64,000 nucleotides of DNA from an uncultured Nitrososphaeraceae archaeon (GCA_963729045.1 CAVSMN010000001.1:1-64000), one strand, 5' to 3'. Shown: positions 33,592 through 44,705, numbered from the stretch's first letter. The notes: generated from the sequence alone by a model not told the origin. Translations and numbers: made by a program.

Positions 33592-35178
33592 TTAATCTAA
33601 TTTATAACCAATAAAATCTTCAATTATGACTTCGGTCTCCTTTGGGAGTTCAATAATAGGTAGCAATTTTTTAATGAACTTATTAGCAATTATATGAATT
33701 GATTTAAAAGTATTATTTTTTAGGAAGGAGTTTAATAATTTCAGGAATTCAGTATAACTTTTAGGATCATATTCGTCAAAGTGTTTTGTAAATATATTAT
33801 GAGATGTTGGATAAATATCTGATATTTCAACCGGAATCAAGCCAAAAAAAGGATTATAAAGACAAATTGAAGCCTCCGGAAAAGTACTGGAAAGTTTTCG
33901 TAATACAGAGGAGGAATAAAAAGGTCTTATCCCCTGATCTGGATATAAAAGTAAGATATTATTATTGGGAGATTTGTAGTTATCAATTAGCATATTGCGA
34001 TAATTTTTTAGTTCTGGTCTAAACTGATCTATTGGTTCAAACAAATAGATTGCTTTTTGCTTAAAGACCGGAGTATTTTGTTGAATATATTCAAAATTCT
34101 TAATTGTATGAATTGCATCCATTAATTTGGGATGAGATCTTGCTTTTTGCAGCACGTATTCCCAAAGCCTACCATCGTAAATTGATTGCTTTACTGCAGA
34201 CATCTCCTGTTTTAGAACATACAAATTATGTTTAGCAAGATTAATAATTCTGGTTTGTGGGATTTCATCGATCAATTCTTTAACTGAATAATCGCAGCAA
34301 ACAGGACAGCAGCATGGCAAATACGAGAGATCTTCTAATCTCAGTGTTCCTGAAGAACTCATATAACGATTAGCTTTTGCATACAAGATATACGATGCAG
34401 AATCAAATGTATCGCAACCTAATGCAACAGCAAGAGGTATTGTTAATGGATGACCTGCACCAAATAAATGGATAGGTTTGTTTGGTATAGATAATTTGGT
34501 AGCTTCTATAAGTCGAGCAAGTGTAGAAAACTCATAAGCTTCCATCAGTTCAACCGGGCTACCAATTGCAAAAAATGAAAAACCCTTTTTATCTAAGAGT
34601 GAGGCGGAATACCGTACCAGATCAAAATGCTCAGCTCCCTGAATTGTTCCAGTCCATATTTCACCTTTTGATGATAAAATATCATCATTGCTATTATCCC
34701 CATTCTGGTCAGTTCTATTTTTTCGTATGACATCGATTGTTTCATCTATATTTGAAATAGTTTCATTTACATAGGATTTTGCCGTATTATAAGGCAAACC
34801 ATAGCCTGTTGGTTTATCTAATGGAACGGGAATATCACTACCAATATCAAGTTCAAATTGGGCCATTATTGAAGGTGTTACGTTGACTTTACCGTATTCG
34901 AGCACTTGGTAACCTCCTGAATCTGTCATGATAGGACCGTCAAAATTAACGATTTGATGAATTCCCTGTTTTTCGGCCTTTTCACCATAAAATTTGAAAG
35001 CGATATAGGCATTTGTTATTATACATTCAAAGCCAAGACTTTTTAAAAAACTTGGGCTGATTTGTTGTTTGACTGGATGAATTACAGGTATAAACGACGG
35101 AGTTTCAAAAGAACCATGAGGAGTGGTTAATTTACCGATCCGAGCAGCTAAATCAGTACATTTCACCTCAAATACCAA
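33592..35178 (-). CDS. tgtA: Archaeosine tRNA-guanine(15) transglycosylase
   Basis: TDSGGYQ, HLFGAGHP, DTFDSASY, Zn motif CxCxxC and HNL. Confidence 0.95.
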   Translation of the reverse strand: MVFEVKCTDLAARIGKLTTPHGSFETPSFIPVIHPVKQQISPSFLKSLGFECIITNAYIAFKFYGEKAEKQGIHQIVNFDGPIMTDSGGYQVLEYGKVNVTPSIMAQFELDIGSDIPVPLDKPTGYGLPYNTAKSYVNETISNIDETIDVIRKNRTDQNGDNSNDDILSSKGEIWTGTIQGAEHFDLVRYSASLLDKKGFSFFAIGSPVELMEAYEFSTLARLIEATKLSIPNKPIHLFGAGHPLTIPLAVALGCDTFDSASYILYAKANRYMSSSGTLRLEDLSYLPCCCPVCCDYSVKELIDEIPQTRIINLAKHNLYVLKQEMSAVKQSIYDGRLWEYVLQKARSHPKLMDAIHTIKNFEYIQQNTPVFKQKAIYLFEPIDQFRPELKNYRNMLIDNYKSPNNNILLLYPDQGIRPFYSSSVLRKLSSTFPEASICLYNPFFGLIPVEISDIYPTSHNIFTKHFDEYDPKSYTEFLKLLNSFLKNNTFKSIHIIANKFIKKLLPIIELPKETEVIIEDFIGYKLD

Positions 35179-35180
35179 GA

Positions 35181-35594
35181 TTAATTCTTGGACTCCCTAA
35201 GGAATTCATCGTAAATCGCTTTTACACGTGAAGCAGCCAAACCAGATCCTTCCTCGATTCCAGATTCGGTCACCTTAATTTTGTCCATTACAATGATTGC
35301 ACCTACGTCCTCTCGAATCTTTACTAATCCAGGGAATACTCTTGACAACCTTTCAGAAAGAGCTTTCAAATCAAATGGCCTCTCTAAGAGCTTTACCTCT
35401 TTAACGAATAAACCGTTTATCATTAATTTTTGGATTTGTTGAGATTCTACATGGTCCAATATTAAGTCAAATTTTTCGTTTAAACCAGTCAAAATACCGG
35501 CATAAGTTTTATTGTCTGAAGTCTCAATTGAAACTTTTTTTCCTAAAAATTGTACACTTTCTTCAGCAAATCTTCTTGAAATTAAAGCAGACAT
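35181..35594 (-). CDS. Lsm/Sm-like RNA-binding protein with C-terminal domain (SmAP3 type)
   Basis: N-terminal Sm fold, then FDLKAL...FP..VK....GAIIVMDKIKV. Confidence 0.85.
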   Translation of the reverse strand: MSALISRRFAEESVQFLGKKVSIETSDNKTYAGILTGLNEKFDLILDHVESQQIQKLMINGLFVKEVKLLERPFDLKALSERLSRVFPGLVKIREDVGAIIVMDKIKVTESGIEEGSGLAASRVKAIYDEFLRESKN

Positions 35595-35650
35595 TATCCT
35601 CTTGGATAATGTCTTAAGGTATATATATATGAAGTCAGTTCAAATTAGGT

Positions 35651-36226
35651 TTATTTCAAAAATTTCAACATATCCGGGTCATTTTGGATAAGTGGCAACC
35701 AATCGATGTTTCCGAAAACTCTTTGCTTCCTATCCCCATACATATCGACAATCTTTTGAGCCGATAAGGACGGTAAAATACTAGTTGCGATCTCTAATTC
35801 AGAAAGTTTGGAAAACTCAAAGTTTTTTAATGCATCATAAGATATTATGCCCAAGATCTCAGCAACCATATTGTCACTAATTTTAGTTTGTGAATATGAT
35901 CTGTCTTCATATATTTTTCTTAGCTCGTATGGCGACCTTCTTAATATTACCACAAGGTCTACTAACAGCGGATCTATTACATAAGGTGCAAGATGTCCAA
36001 CAATGATACTATCTTGATATTCTTTCTTAGAAAGCAACAAAGTCAAAAAGTCAAATGACTTTTGAATATCTACATCATGATTTTTCCTATGGGGAGAAAT
36101 TAAAAGGTTTTCAGACAAAATTATCTTATTAATATCAACAATTGGTACTTTATCAAACAAAGATGAGAGGATGGTAGCGATGGTGTGTTTGCCAACACCA
36201 GGTGTTCCAGAAAGTATTATTTTCAA
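35651..36226 (-). CDS. Adenylate kinase AK6/Fap7-like
   Basis: SGTPGVGK, IIVGH, LRR.P..L and R.YS..KI..N..AEILG. Confidence 0.88.
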   Translation of the reverse strand: MKIILSGTPGVGKHTIATILSSLFDKVPIVDINKIILSENLLISPHRKNHDVDIQKSFDFLTLLLSKKEYQDSIIVGHLAPYVIDPLLVDLVVILRRSPYELRKIYEDRSYSQTKISDNMVAEILGIISYDALKNFEFSKLSELEIATSILPSLSAQKIVDMYGDRKQRVFGNIDWLPLIQNDPDMLKFLK

Positions 36227-36289
36227 AATACTATTACCATTGTATCATATTCTTAATTTTTCAATCTAAAGAATGAATTAAACATGGTT

Positions 36290-36472
36290 CTAAGAATATT
36301 CATTGAAGAAATTATTGATGTAATCACTAAGATCATCTCTTAATTTTATTACTTTTGTCCTTTTATCACCATCTAGATTTGTATGGAGTAATACGTCTAA
36401 ACCCTCAACCAAGTATTGGATGTTTGAGAAAGTAAGCAGAGTCTTTTGATTTCTGTCAGTATTTTCTTCCAC
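36290..36472 (-). CDS. Hypothetical small protein
   Basis: 60-aa helical-looking ORF with a GTG start. Confidence 0.4.
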   Translation of the reverse strand: MEENTDRNQKTLLTFSNIQYLVEGLDVLLHTNLDGDKRTKVIKLRDDLSDYINNFFNEYS

Positions 36473-36669
36473 GTCGATAATGTTATTTCGGAATTGTTAA
36501 AGTTTATGGTTTAGTCGATTAAAGAAAAGAACAGATCACTTGTGTGAGAGGGAGATGAGAGAGAGAAAGGCTTACCTTAATAAGAACAGTAATAAGAACA
36601 CATCACTAGTTTTTATCATATAGAAAAATCTAATCAAACTTTAATATACATATAAATATCAAAATAATC

Positions 36670-37676
36670 ATGATAAAAAGGCTTGGTATTATTTTTTCAG
36701 GACTATTAATACTGTTATTATTATCAAACATCAACTATAATGCAAACATCCAAGTATTAGCACAGCAAAATACTTCGGCAAGTACAACAAACTCTTCTGT
36801 TCCCACTGTTTCTGACACAGTATCAAATATTACAAAGCTTTCAGGCGGTGTAAAGATAATTTCTCCAGACAAAGGAGATCTAGTCCCATTAAATTCAAAC
36901 AATTCACTAGTAATCAAGGAGTTTCAAAGGATAATGTAACATCAGATTGTGACGTTTCTGTTATAATAAATAATGTAAAACCCTATCAGAATGTTAATCC
37001 TACAGGTGTTCAAGGAGACAATGATTATTCTAACTGGCAATACACAGTAGCAAGCAATTATACAAACATCAATGAAGGAAACAACAAAATAACATCTAAA
37101 ATTCTTTGTTTAGATGGTCCACAAACATTACAAGCATATTACTCTGTAAATATTACAGCTACTAACTTTACACAAGCACAGTTATCTAGCTATAACATGA
37201 TGTTAGAGTCTTCAAATTCAACGACAAATAGTGGTAATATGAGTCAGGCAGCATCAGGTGGATTACAACCTTTTGCACAAATTCAACAATTCAATCAAGA
37301 TACAGGAAATGGTCCAATATGTTGTAAGATAGCAGGAAGTAGTCCAGGACAGGTGAGTGCATCTACTGCCGGTACAGACGTCCCCACAACTGATGCTACA
37401 GATGTTGCTACCACTAATGATGACGAGGAGATTAATGATGACAACAGTAATGATGACAACAGTAACAGGAATGACGAGGAGAATAATGATGACAACAGTA
37501 ATGATGACAACAGTAACAGGAATGACGAGGAGAATAATGATGACAACAGTAATGATGACAACAGTAATGATGACAACAGTAATGATGACAACAATGATAA
37601 TGATGGTGGAGGCAGCATGATGGACTCTATAGAAGACACCATAAGGGACAGTGGAATAGACTTTAGTTTTGATTAA
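36670..37676 (+). CDS. Secreted protein with an Ig-like domain and acidic Asp/Asn repeat tail, frameshift near 36918
   Basis: Signal peptide and VKIISP, then after the shift GVSKDN..SDCDVSVIINNVKPYQ...DYSNW...EGNNKITSKISC, which is in frame with ORF 37197..37676. Confidence 0.75.
37416..37605 (+). repeat. Coding low-complexity repeat (15-bp AATGATGACAACAGT within a 51-bp higher-order unit)
   Basis: Encodes about three copies of NDEENNDDNSNDDNSNR. Confidence 0.9.
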
Positions 37677-37838
37677 TAGTAATTATTTTTACTTTTAATC
37701 AATTCATTTTAAATTTCTTCACTATTATTTGTCCAATCCTCAATAAAATTAGTCAAAGTTTATGTGGCTATTCTCTACTTGATTTTCTCATAATTATCTA
37801 GTTATCCAAAATATTTGTTAAATCAAGCAACAAAAATC

Positions 37839-39278
37839 TCACATGTTTGTATCTGTCCACGTTGAAATAATACTCTTAATTTTTTCCTTGTGTCCTTTTT
37901 CGGCGAATATTCTATACTTCTTGTTAGGGTAAAATTGTCTTATAAAATCGAGATCCAATGGTTCTAATTTTTTAGATTTAGTATTATAAAACATCAGTCT
38001 TTTCAAAGTGGTCTCATCGACAGGTGGTTTTGTTACCTTCTTTCTTGTAATATTTATTACCAACACTACCCCATCATCAGGCAACCCCGCTTCCTTTCTA
38101 ATTTCATCTTGTAATCCCTTTGATCCTTTTGAATCCATAATCCTTGTAATCCTGTTATTATCACTCAGATCAAATTCGTGAACGAGTGACAAAATATTTC
38201 TATTCAAGTAATCGTCTACAAGTTTCCTTGTTTTTTCATTTTCTACTTTTGTTAATTCATGTATCAAGACATCATCAGATAATTCTAATATAGATTCCAT
38301 CTCTGGATTAGATAGTTTCTGAAAGACCGAGTTGGATTCCTTTGCAGCCTCCTTCATTACATAAGACAAATGGACATCAGCACCTTGGGATATTTTATGC
38401 AAGTAAATTGACCTGTGCATTTGGGCATAGGCCTCAAAGAATCTCATTGCTGCTTCTCTGGCTTGGGTTGAAACAGTTACAATTCTATCTTCTTTTAAGA
38501 AGTACAAATTTTGAACAATTCTCCCTACATCTACAAAACCATACTCTTTTGCCCCAGTTCTATTAGAATCCAATATCAGGTAGTTAAATCTGTCAACATT
38601 GTACGGATCTTCCTTTATAAGATAATTCAAATACCAATTTGACTCCAAAAAAGCATCCATCCTAGCAATAATCTCTTTACTGACGCCTATTCCTTCTAGG
38701 ATCCTTTTTGTATTTTCGATAATTCTAAAATTAGGGGATAGATCGCATAATAATGCCATTATTTCATAAGACTCGATTTTGTTTTCAGAGGATTCTTCAA
38801 CCAAATTAGTGAATTTCTTGTATATTATTTCCAAACTCAAGTATTCGTGTTTCCAATCTAAAGATGGGTTGACTAGTTTTAGAAATTCTTCAAAGGTATG
38901 AGAAAATGGGGCGTGTCCTATGTCATGCAATAGGGCTGCCAGCCTTGTTAGTTGAATTTGTTTTTTGATTTCGGTTTTGCAGTTAATTGAATCCATCAAG
39001 TCGATTATGGATGTGGAATTGATCTTGTTATTGGAATTCAAGATAATATGTGTGGAAGCCTCACCAGCAATATGCATGGCACCCAAAGAGTGTTCAAATC
39101 TTGAATGAGACGCCCCTGGAAAAGCCATAAAGAGATTGGAGCTTTGTTTTATTCTTCGGAGGCGTTGAAAATATTTTGTATTGATTATATTTTTCTCGAT
39201 ATCTGTAATTCCAACATATCCATATTCAGGAAGCCTTATACTGCTGGTGAAGTTTAAGAGGGGATGATATACTGGCAA
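37839..39278 (-). CDS. HD-domain phosphohydrolase (SAMHD1/dNTP triphosphohydrolase-like)
   Basis: FQRLRRIKQ, HSRFEHSLG, ALLHDIGHAPFSH, HE, DR..YL..DS and YLHK. Confidence 0.9.
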   Translation of the reverse strand: MPVYHPLLNFTSSIRLPEYGYVGITDIEKNIINTKYFQRLRRIKQSSNLFMAFPGASHSRFEHSLGAMHIAGEASTHIILNSNNKINSTSIIDLMDSINCKTEIKKQIQLTRLAALLHDIGHAPFSHTFEEFLKLVNPSLDWKHEYLSLEIIYKKFTNLVEESSENKIESYEIMALLCDLSPNFRIIENTKRILEGIGVSKEIIARMDAFLESNWYLNYLIKEDPYNVDRFNYLILDSNRTGAKEYGFVDVGRIVQNLYFLKEDRIVTVSTQAREAAMRFFEAYAQMHRSIYLHKISQGADVHLSYVMKEAAKESNSVFQKLSNPEMESILELSDDVLIHELTKVENEKTRKLVDDYLNRNILSLVHEFDLSDNNRITRIMDSKGSKGLQDEIRKEAGLPDDGVVLVINITRKKVTKPPVDETTLKRLMFYNTKSKKLEPLDLDFIRQFYPNKKYRIFAEKGHKEKIKSIISTWTDTNM

Positions 39279-39366
39279 TAATGCTTAATGATTAGCCAAT
39301 TTTTAAAAACTCTATGTTTTATCCTTTACAATGCATTTTACCTTAGTCATCGAAAAAGTTAAAAAA

Positions 39367-39800
39367 ATGAATCAAACACGAATGTTAAAAATCCTCTCGA
39401 TATAGGCAGAGGCTATCAAATTTTCATAGACGAGTTAAAAAAATATGGCGGAATCAAAGCCGCAATCAAACACCAAAGCCATCTTCTTGATGAAATAAAA
39501 AATAAAAATTCAGATTTGATTGAACAGAGGAAAACCTTGTTGGCATTATGTCAAAAGGCTATTATTCTAATGAATATGTTAAACAACCACTATTTCTATC
39601 ATAAAGGATTTTTTGATCATTATCATAAAAAGAATGGTGTTAGTATTGTGGTGGCTGATCGGATATCAATACCTATTATTATTTTAGTTCAGAATGCCCC
39701 AAAAGAAGGTCAGAATAGCAAAGAAAAAGACACAAAGGGTGACACTGCTATGTCTTCAAATAATAACAACAATAAAGATGAAGATAAAGAAAGAGATTAG
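39367..39800 (+). pseudogene. Hypothetical coiled-coil protein fragment
   Basis: Short coding-like frames (FFIDELKKYGGIKAA.../LIEQRKTLLALCQ...) with no clear full ORF. Confidence 0.3.
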
Positions 39801-39802
39801 AT

Positions 39803-40927
39803 TTATTCCTTTAATTTCCCTCTCTTTGAACTTGTTTCTTCTTCCAAATCATCTACACCCTTCTCAGTTACAGTAAATTTAGTGTCAGAATATGGATGAT
39901 AGGGAGAGTCAATCATCTTGGCAGTTCTATTTTCACCTGACTTTCTGAGATAAATTCTATAGGTTGAGGCATGACCTAATACATTTCCTCCTGCAGCTTT
40001 TGTGGGATCTCCAAAAAAGGTATCTGGTGAAGATTGAACCTGATTGGTTATAACTACAGAAATATTATAAATCTCAGCAAGTCTAATGATTTTGTGTAGC
40101 ATAGAATTGAGTCGCTGCTGTCTATCAGCTAGGGTGCCTCTTCCTGCAAATTCTGCCCTGTGCAAAGATATAATGCTGTCTATGATAACAAGTCTGGCTT
40201 TAAAATCATTAATATATTTTCCAAGATCTTTTATGATCAATTCAAGATGAGAGCTATTGTAAACCTTACAAACTGCGATACTTTTTAAAACGCTAGTTGG
40301 ATCAAGTCCTCTAGACACAGCTATTTGATCTACTCTTTCAGGTCTGAATGTCCCTTCTGTATCGATATATATGGAACCACTTCCAAATCCACCATTTTCG
40401 ACTGGTTGACTAGCCGTCACACACAGAGTATGACAAATTTGAGACTTGCCAGAACCAAATTCACCATAAAATTCAGTAACAGCCTGGGTCTCTATACCTC
40501 CCAAAAGAAGTTTATCCAAAGCATTTGAACCAGTTGTACATCGCAACAATGATTTTCTTTTTTCTAATGCAACATCTGCAGTAACAAATTCCTTGTCTAA
40601 AAGATTAGAATCTCGTAAAAGTTGTTGAGCAGCAATAATGAACGCTGCTGCACTTTCTTTTGAAGAGTTGATCTCAACAGAAAGTTCTTCTGAACTTGTA
40701 ACTGCGAGGTCCATCACAGTTAGTACACCGGCATCACGTAATTTTTTTGCAGTAGTTGGTCCAATACCTGGAATATCTTGTATATCTAAATCATCAATAA
40801 TAGTAGGGATAGGTTTTGATTCTTCTAAATCATTATCAGAAATTTCAGAAATTTCAGGGCTTTCGCTGGAAAGAGCACTTACAACATCCTCGTCTTTTAT
40901 TCTTTCACTATTTCTTTTTTCGACCAT
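39803..40927 (-). CDS. radA: DNA repair and recombination protein RadA
   Basis: HhH (IPGIGPTTAKKL), GEFGSGKS, YIDTEGTFRPER and GGNVLGH. Confidence 0.98.
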   Translation of the reverse strand: MVEKRNSERIKDEDVVSALSSESPEISEISDNDLEESKPIPTIIDDLDIQDIPGIGPTTAKKLRDAGVLTVMDLAVTSSEELSVEINSSKESAAAFIIAAQQLLRDSNLLDKEFVTADVALEKRKSLLRCTTGSNALDKLLLGGIETQAVTEFYGEFGSGKSQICHTLCVTASQPVENGGFGSGSIYIDTEGTFRPERVDQIAVSRGLDPTSVLKSIAVCKVYNSSHLELIIKDLGKYINDFKARLVIIDSIISLHRAEFAGRGTLADRQQRLNSMLHKIIRLAEIYNISVVITNQVQSSPDTFFGDPTKAAGGNVLGHASTYRIYLRKSGENRTAKMIDSPYHPYSDTKFTVTEKGVDDLEEETSSKRGKLKE

Positions 40928-41002
40928 ATTCTACTATATGTACTTTCTGTTATATTAAATAATTGACTACGACAATGACTGCGACCAATTTTGAAACTAT
41001 TG

Positions 41003-41776
41003 TTATTTTTCATCTTCCTCAAAGATCAAAAGTTCATCACCTTTGAAATTCTTAAAGGAATCAGTAATGCCCAACAAATTATTATTATAGAAAATATTGC
41101 TTACTGTTTCGTCTTTGATAGTCAAGACAATAGTATTAATATTAAAAATTTGAATTGTCAAAGGAAACTTACTTTGGAATAGCTCATCGTCAATTTTTAT
41201 GTCAGCAAATCCGTTTATCGGAGTATTGGAAAATTGATTAAAAGTAATAGAAGAGCCATTGCTATTTTGAAAATTGAGTAGTTCTATAAAATGTTTATCG
41301 ATACCATTTACGGTAAGCAATTTAAAATTGGCATGAAAATCTGTAACTAAACCTCTTGATACATTCAAAGACCAAGTTCCAGAAACCAGCTTTTGAAAAT
41401 TATGGAGTACAATGGATTCAGAAGTTTGATTCAGAGATGTAGGAGGAGGTCCGGATAAATTTTGGTTTATCCCACTATTATCAGGAAAAAGTACAGTGGA
41501 CAATAATCCTTTTGTATAAAATGTATTAGAATTGTTGATGGGTGGTAATGCCTCATCAATTCCCCCTCCAGTTGTTTGAGTATCAATGGATAAGAGTAAA
41601 TTATTGTAATTCATGCCTTGTGCCAATCCCACATAATTCCAGAATTTAAGTTCCTGATTTGCAGATGGTGCAACTAATCCAAGATCAGAAGAGAAAAACA
41701 ATAGTAAAAAAGTAAAAATCAAGGCAAGTGGAAATAATTCAAGCAAAAAAGGAAGAAAAGAGAATCGATTACCCAA
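41003..41776 (-). CDS. Hypothetical secreted or membrane-anchored protein
   Basis: N-terminal hydrophobic segment and a beta-rich domain (LVSGTWSLNV..G.VTDF.ANF). Confidence 0.7.
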   Translation of the reverse strand: MGNRFSFLPFLLELFPLALIFTFLLLFFSSDLGLVAPSANQELKFWNYVGLAQGMNYNNLLLSIDTQTTGGGIDEALPPINNSNTFYTKGLLSTVLFPDNSGINQNLSGPPPTSLNQTSESIVLHNFQKLVSGTWSLNVSRGLVTDFHANFKLLTVNGIDKHFIELLNFQNSNGSSITFNQFSNTPINGFADIKIDDELFQSKFPLTIQIFNINTIVLTIKDETVSNIFYNNNLLGITDSFKNFKGDELLIFEEDEK

Positions 41777-41943
41777 ATTTATTTCTTAATAAAATTCATA
41801 ATATAAATTGTTATTGTACTGAATTGATTAATTATCTTGAATCTACATATTCAATGGTTAGTATGAAATAAAATTTTGCAGATTGTTAATCAATTTGCTT
41901 ACCAAACTAGATGTATAAAATCAAACAAAATTGTCTTTTATTT

Positions 41944-42997
41944 TGCTCCAGTGTCATCATCGGCATAGTATGATTCATAGCACTCCACCCATTGCCATAG
42001 ATCCATTTTTAGATGGAACCAGCGAGAATGTCATGAGTCCGTCTGCAGATGTTTGATTTGTTTTATTCAAGTATTCGTTGGAAATTTGTTGTACAATTGG
42101 TTTAGTAAGCATAAAATGTATAATATCTTTTGTTTGGTTATTTCCATCTACCATTAAAACATTTGTAACATCTTTTCCATTGGTATAACCTTGGTATGCA
42201 CCGTCAGCGGATAGAACACTAGGTTTAGGGACTTCTACCTCTTGATGTATAAATACGGTATTCTTAGGGTCATCTAGTCTCTTAGGGTCATAATTAAACG
42301 GCATTGTAAAGTTGATGGAATTAGATGGTTGATTGTATGTTATATTCCCTATTTCATCATAATAAGAAAGAACTTTGGTTGGAATTGTTTTACCGTCTAC
42401 AGTCAAGTTTGCATTCTTTGCTGCTCCAATACTGAGCCAACCATCAAAGACGGGTTGTTGATCATCTGGCAAGATTGTGCGAGAATAATCTACGGTTACA
42501 ATTCTGACGATAAAGTGATATAAACCTCCATCCAAAAATATGGGTCCAGAAGCAACTACTGGAGATCCCTCTCTACTAGTATAAGCTTCAAGTATAGGAT
42601 CAAGTTCCCCATATACTGATATTTGATTCTGATTTCTTGGCTGCATTTCTAATGGTCAAGTTTCCATCAGGATTAAAAAACCAGTCAGACAGCAAAGGTT
42701 TCCCGTCCTTTTCAATCGTAATAAAATAAGTAACCTCTTTGAAAGTTTGGTTTGTTTTTGAATCAAGTAGTTTAAACTGCACTGTGGGCTTTTGGGCTTG
42801 ATCCTTGAATTGTCTCTGTGGTTACTACAGGAGGATTCATTTTTATCAGCAGATCTGCGTTTCTATCACCAAATGACGCTGATAATTGCTTCCATGAAAA
42901 GTCCATCACCATATGCACTCTTAGAAAAAACAAAAAAAGTTAACAAAGGACTAGATATCAAACTAAAAATCAAAATTATAGACAGGAGAAACTTCAT
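41944..42997 (-). CDS. Secreted thaumarchaeal conserved protein, split by several 1-nt indels
   Basis: ATG 42997 gives a signal peptide ...AYGDGLFME/QLSASFGDRNADLLIKMNPP. It continues into ORFs 42600..42782 and 41975..42646 (GPIFLDGGLYHF). The 3' end is uncertain. Confidence 0.65.
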
Positions 42998-43083
42998 AAA
43001 ATAAAGTAGGAATTTTGGCTATATAATTATTATTGATAAGATAATAAAAAAAATTATATCGACGAAATGATCTCGTCTATATC

Positions 43084-43944
43084 ATGATCCGATTGATATT
43101 TACCATAACATTAGTCGTTTTTATTCTTCAATCTACTGTTTTAGGATCGAGTGGAACGTTAACTATGGAATTGGCCTCAGGTCAAGCAGGTCAAGCAGGT
43201 CAGCCAAGTAACGATCTAGAAAGCTACAAAACAGTAAACTACTATGCAAGATTTAATTGCGGTACAATAAGTGACGATAGTGGTCCATTGAGACCCGGAA
43301 AATATGATTCGGATATTACGATATTCAACAAGAAAAGCTATCCAATAACCGTAATTTGGAAAGCTATTGCAATAGATCAACAAGTCAAGAATAATTTCAA
43401 TATTCTAAATATCCCTTCAGAAAATATTGCTAACATTAATTGCGCAAAAATACTTCCAATTCAAGATAAAAATGCTACTAATTCTATCCCTGCTGCTTTA
43501 TCTAAAAAATTCACAGAGGGTATTATAAAACTAGAAATCAGTGTTGATAACGGGCTATTGGTAAATAACTTTCTAAATAATCAGAATGCGAATATTATGG
43601 TAAACGAATCCGATATTGGTAATCTAATTAACGTGGATGTACTTCACACAGTGAATACTTTGGATGATTTAAACAAAGAAGTGTTATACTTGAAAACAGA
43701 CTTTTCAGTTCTATCAAAAGATAAGAATAAAATAAGTAATTTCACGGCTGTCTTCCATATTGATCCCGATGAAATTGTTGATCCATTGTCAATTATCAAG
43801 AATAAGATTTCAGAGAATAATACAAATCAGAAAATTGATATCAATGGCTCTGAAATATTACTTAAGGATACAGAAATTATCTCAGATACATTGACAGATA
43901 ATCACGCACTAACCGTTCAAAGAGTTGACGCAATTATTTCATAG
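43084..43944 (+). CDS. Hypothetical secreted protein
   Basis: Signal peptide, then YYARFNCG...GPLRPGKYDSDITIFN. Confidence 0.75.
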   Translation: MIRLIFTITLVVFILQSTVLGSSGTLTMELASGQAGQAGQPSNDLESYKTVNYYARFNCGTISDDSGPLRPGKYDSDITIFNKKSYPITVIWKAIAIDQQVKNNFNILNIPSENIANINCAKILPIQDKNATNSIPAALSKKFTEGIIKLEISVDNGLLVNNFLNNQNANIMVNESDIGNLINVDVLHTVNTLDDLNKEVLYLKTDFSVLSKDKNKISNFTAVFHIDPDEIVDPLSIIKNKISENNTNQKIDINGSEILLKDTEIISDTLTDNHALTVQRVDAIIS

Positions 43945-44079
43945 AAAAGAACATCTTGTTTATCATTAGTGATAATCATCGACGATAAGCTTGACAACAT
44001 TGACAAAACATCAGAAATTTAGTTAATTAATTAAACATTCATCTAATAATTTAATAATATTCCATCAATTTCTAGTATT

Positions 44080-44113
44080 ATTTATAAATATTTTAGTTCA
44101 CATCTTATATATT
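44080..44113 (+). promoter_or_regulatory. Candidate TATA box(es) for amoC
   Basis: TTTTATAAATA (44080) and CTTATATATT (44104), the latter ~30 bp before the ATG. Both are identical in the second copy. Confidence 0.5.
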
Positions 44114-44141
44114 TAATCAACGAAGACATGGTGATAGTAAA

Positions 44142-44705
44142 ATGGCACAAATGCCTGCATTAATTCCAAAGGAAGTAGAAATCCAGAGGCTAAAAAAGAT
44201 CTATATAATGGTCATTATGCTAGGGTCTATTGCTGCATCAGTAGAAGTAGACAACTTTGTTGATGGATCATTGCACCAAACAGCCATCAGAGACAGTGCA
44301 TTTACACCAGCTCATTGGTGGTTATACAGTCACTTTATTGCACTCCCACTAGGTTGGGGATTTGTTGCGATGTATGACAGGAGAGTACCAGCATTAAGAG
44401 GACCAAACAATTCAATGAATACTGGTCTAAAGATAACCATTATCGGTTATTTAGCTACCATGTTCACAATTGGTATCAATGAAATGTGGCACTTTTGGTT
44501 TGTTGAAGAAATATTTTCAGTACCTAACCACTGGATGTTTAACATGGGTGTAGTAGTAGCTTTCATGGGTGCTTTGGCCTATGTAGTTAGGGTATACGCA
44601 CGTTTGGTAGAACTTGGCGCTGAAACTCCTGCAAGGAACCCCTATGTAGCAGAAATGTACAAACTAGCATTAGAAGGAAAACTCTACAGCAGATCAGTTC
44701 CATAA
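44142..44705 (+). CDS. amoC: Ammonia monooxygenase subunit C
   Basis: MAQMPALIPKEVEIQRLKK, DGSLHQT.IRDSAFTPAH and NEMWHFWFVEEIFSVPNHW. Confidence 0.99.
   Translation: MAQMPALIPKEVEIQRLKKIYIMVIMLGSIAASVEVDNFVDGSLHQTAIRDSAFTPAHWWLYSHFIALPLGWGFVAMYDRRVPALRGPNNSMNTGLKITIIGYLATMFTIGINEMWHFWFVEEIFSVPNHWMFNMGVVVAFMGALAYVVRVYARLVELGAETPARNPYVAEMYKLALEGKLYSRSVP

Noticed and set aside
36543..36570. GA-rich tract
   Set aside because: A short low-complexity stretch with no supporting structure.
37416..37605. Possible CRISPR-like array
   Set aside because: The units are contiguous, codon-phased and lack unique spacers, and there are no cas genes. It is a coding low-complexity repeat.
37295..37642. Leu/Ser-rich antisense ORF and Met/Thr-rich alternative-frame ORF (37357..37620)
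   Set aside because: Both are shadows of the Asp/Asn repeat.
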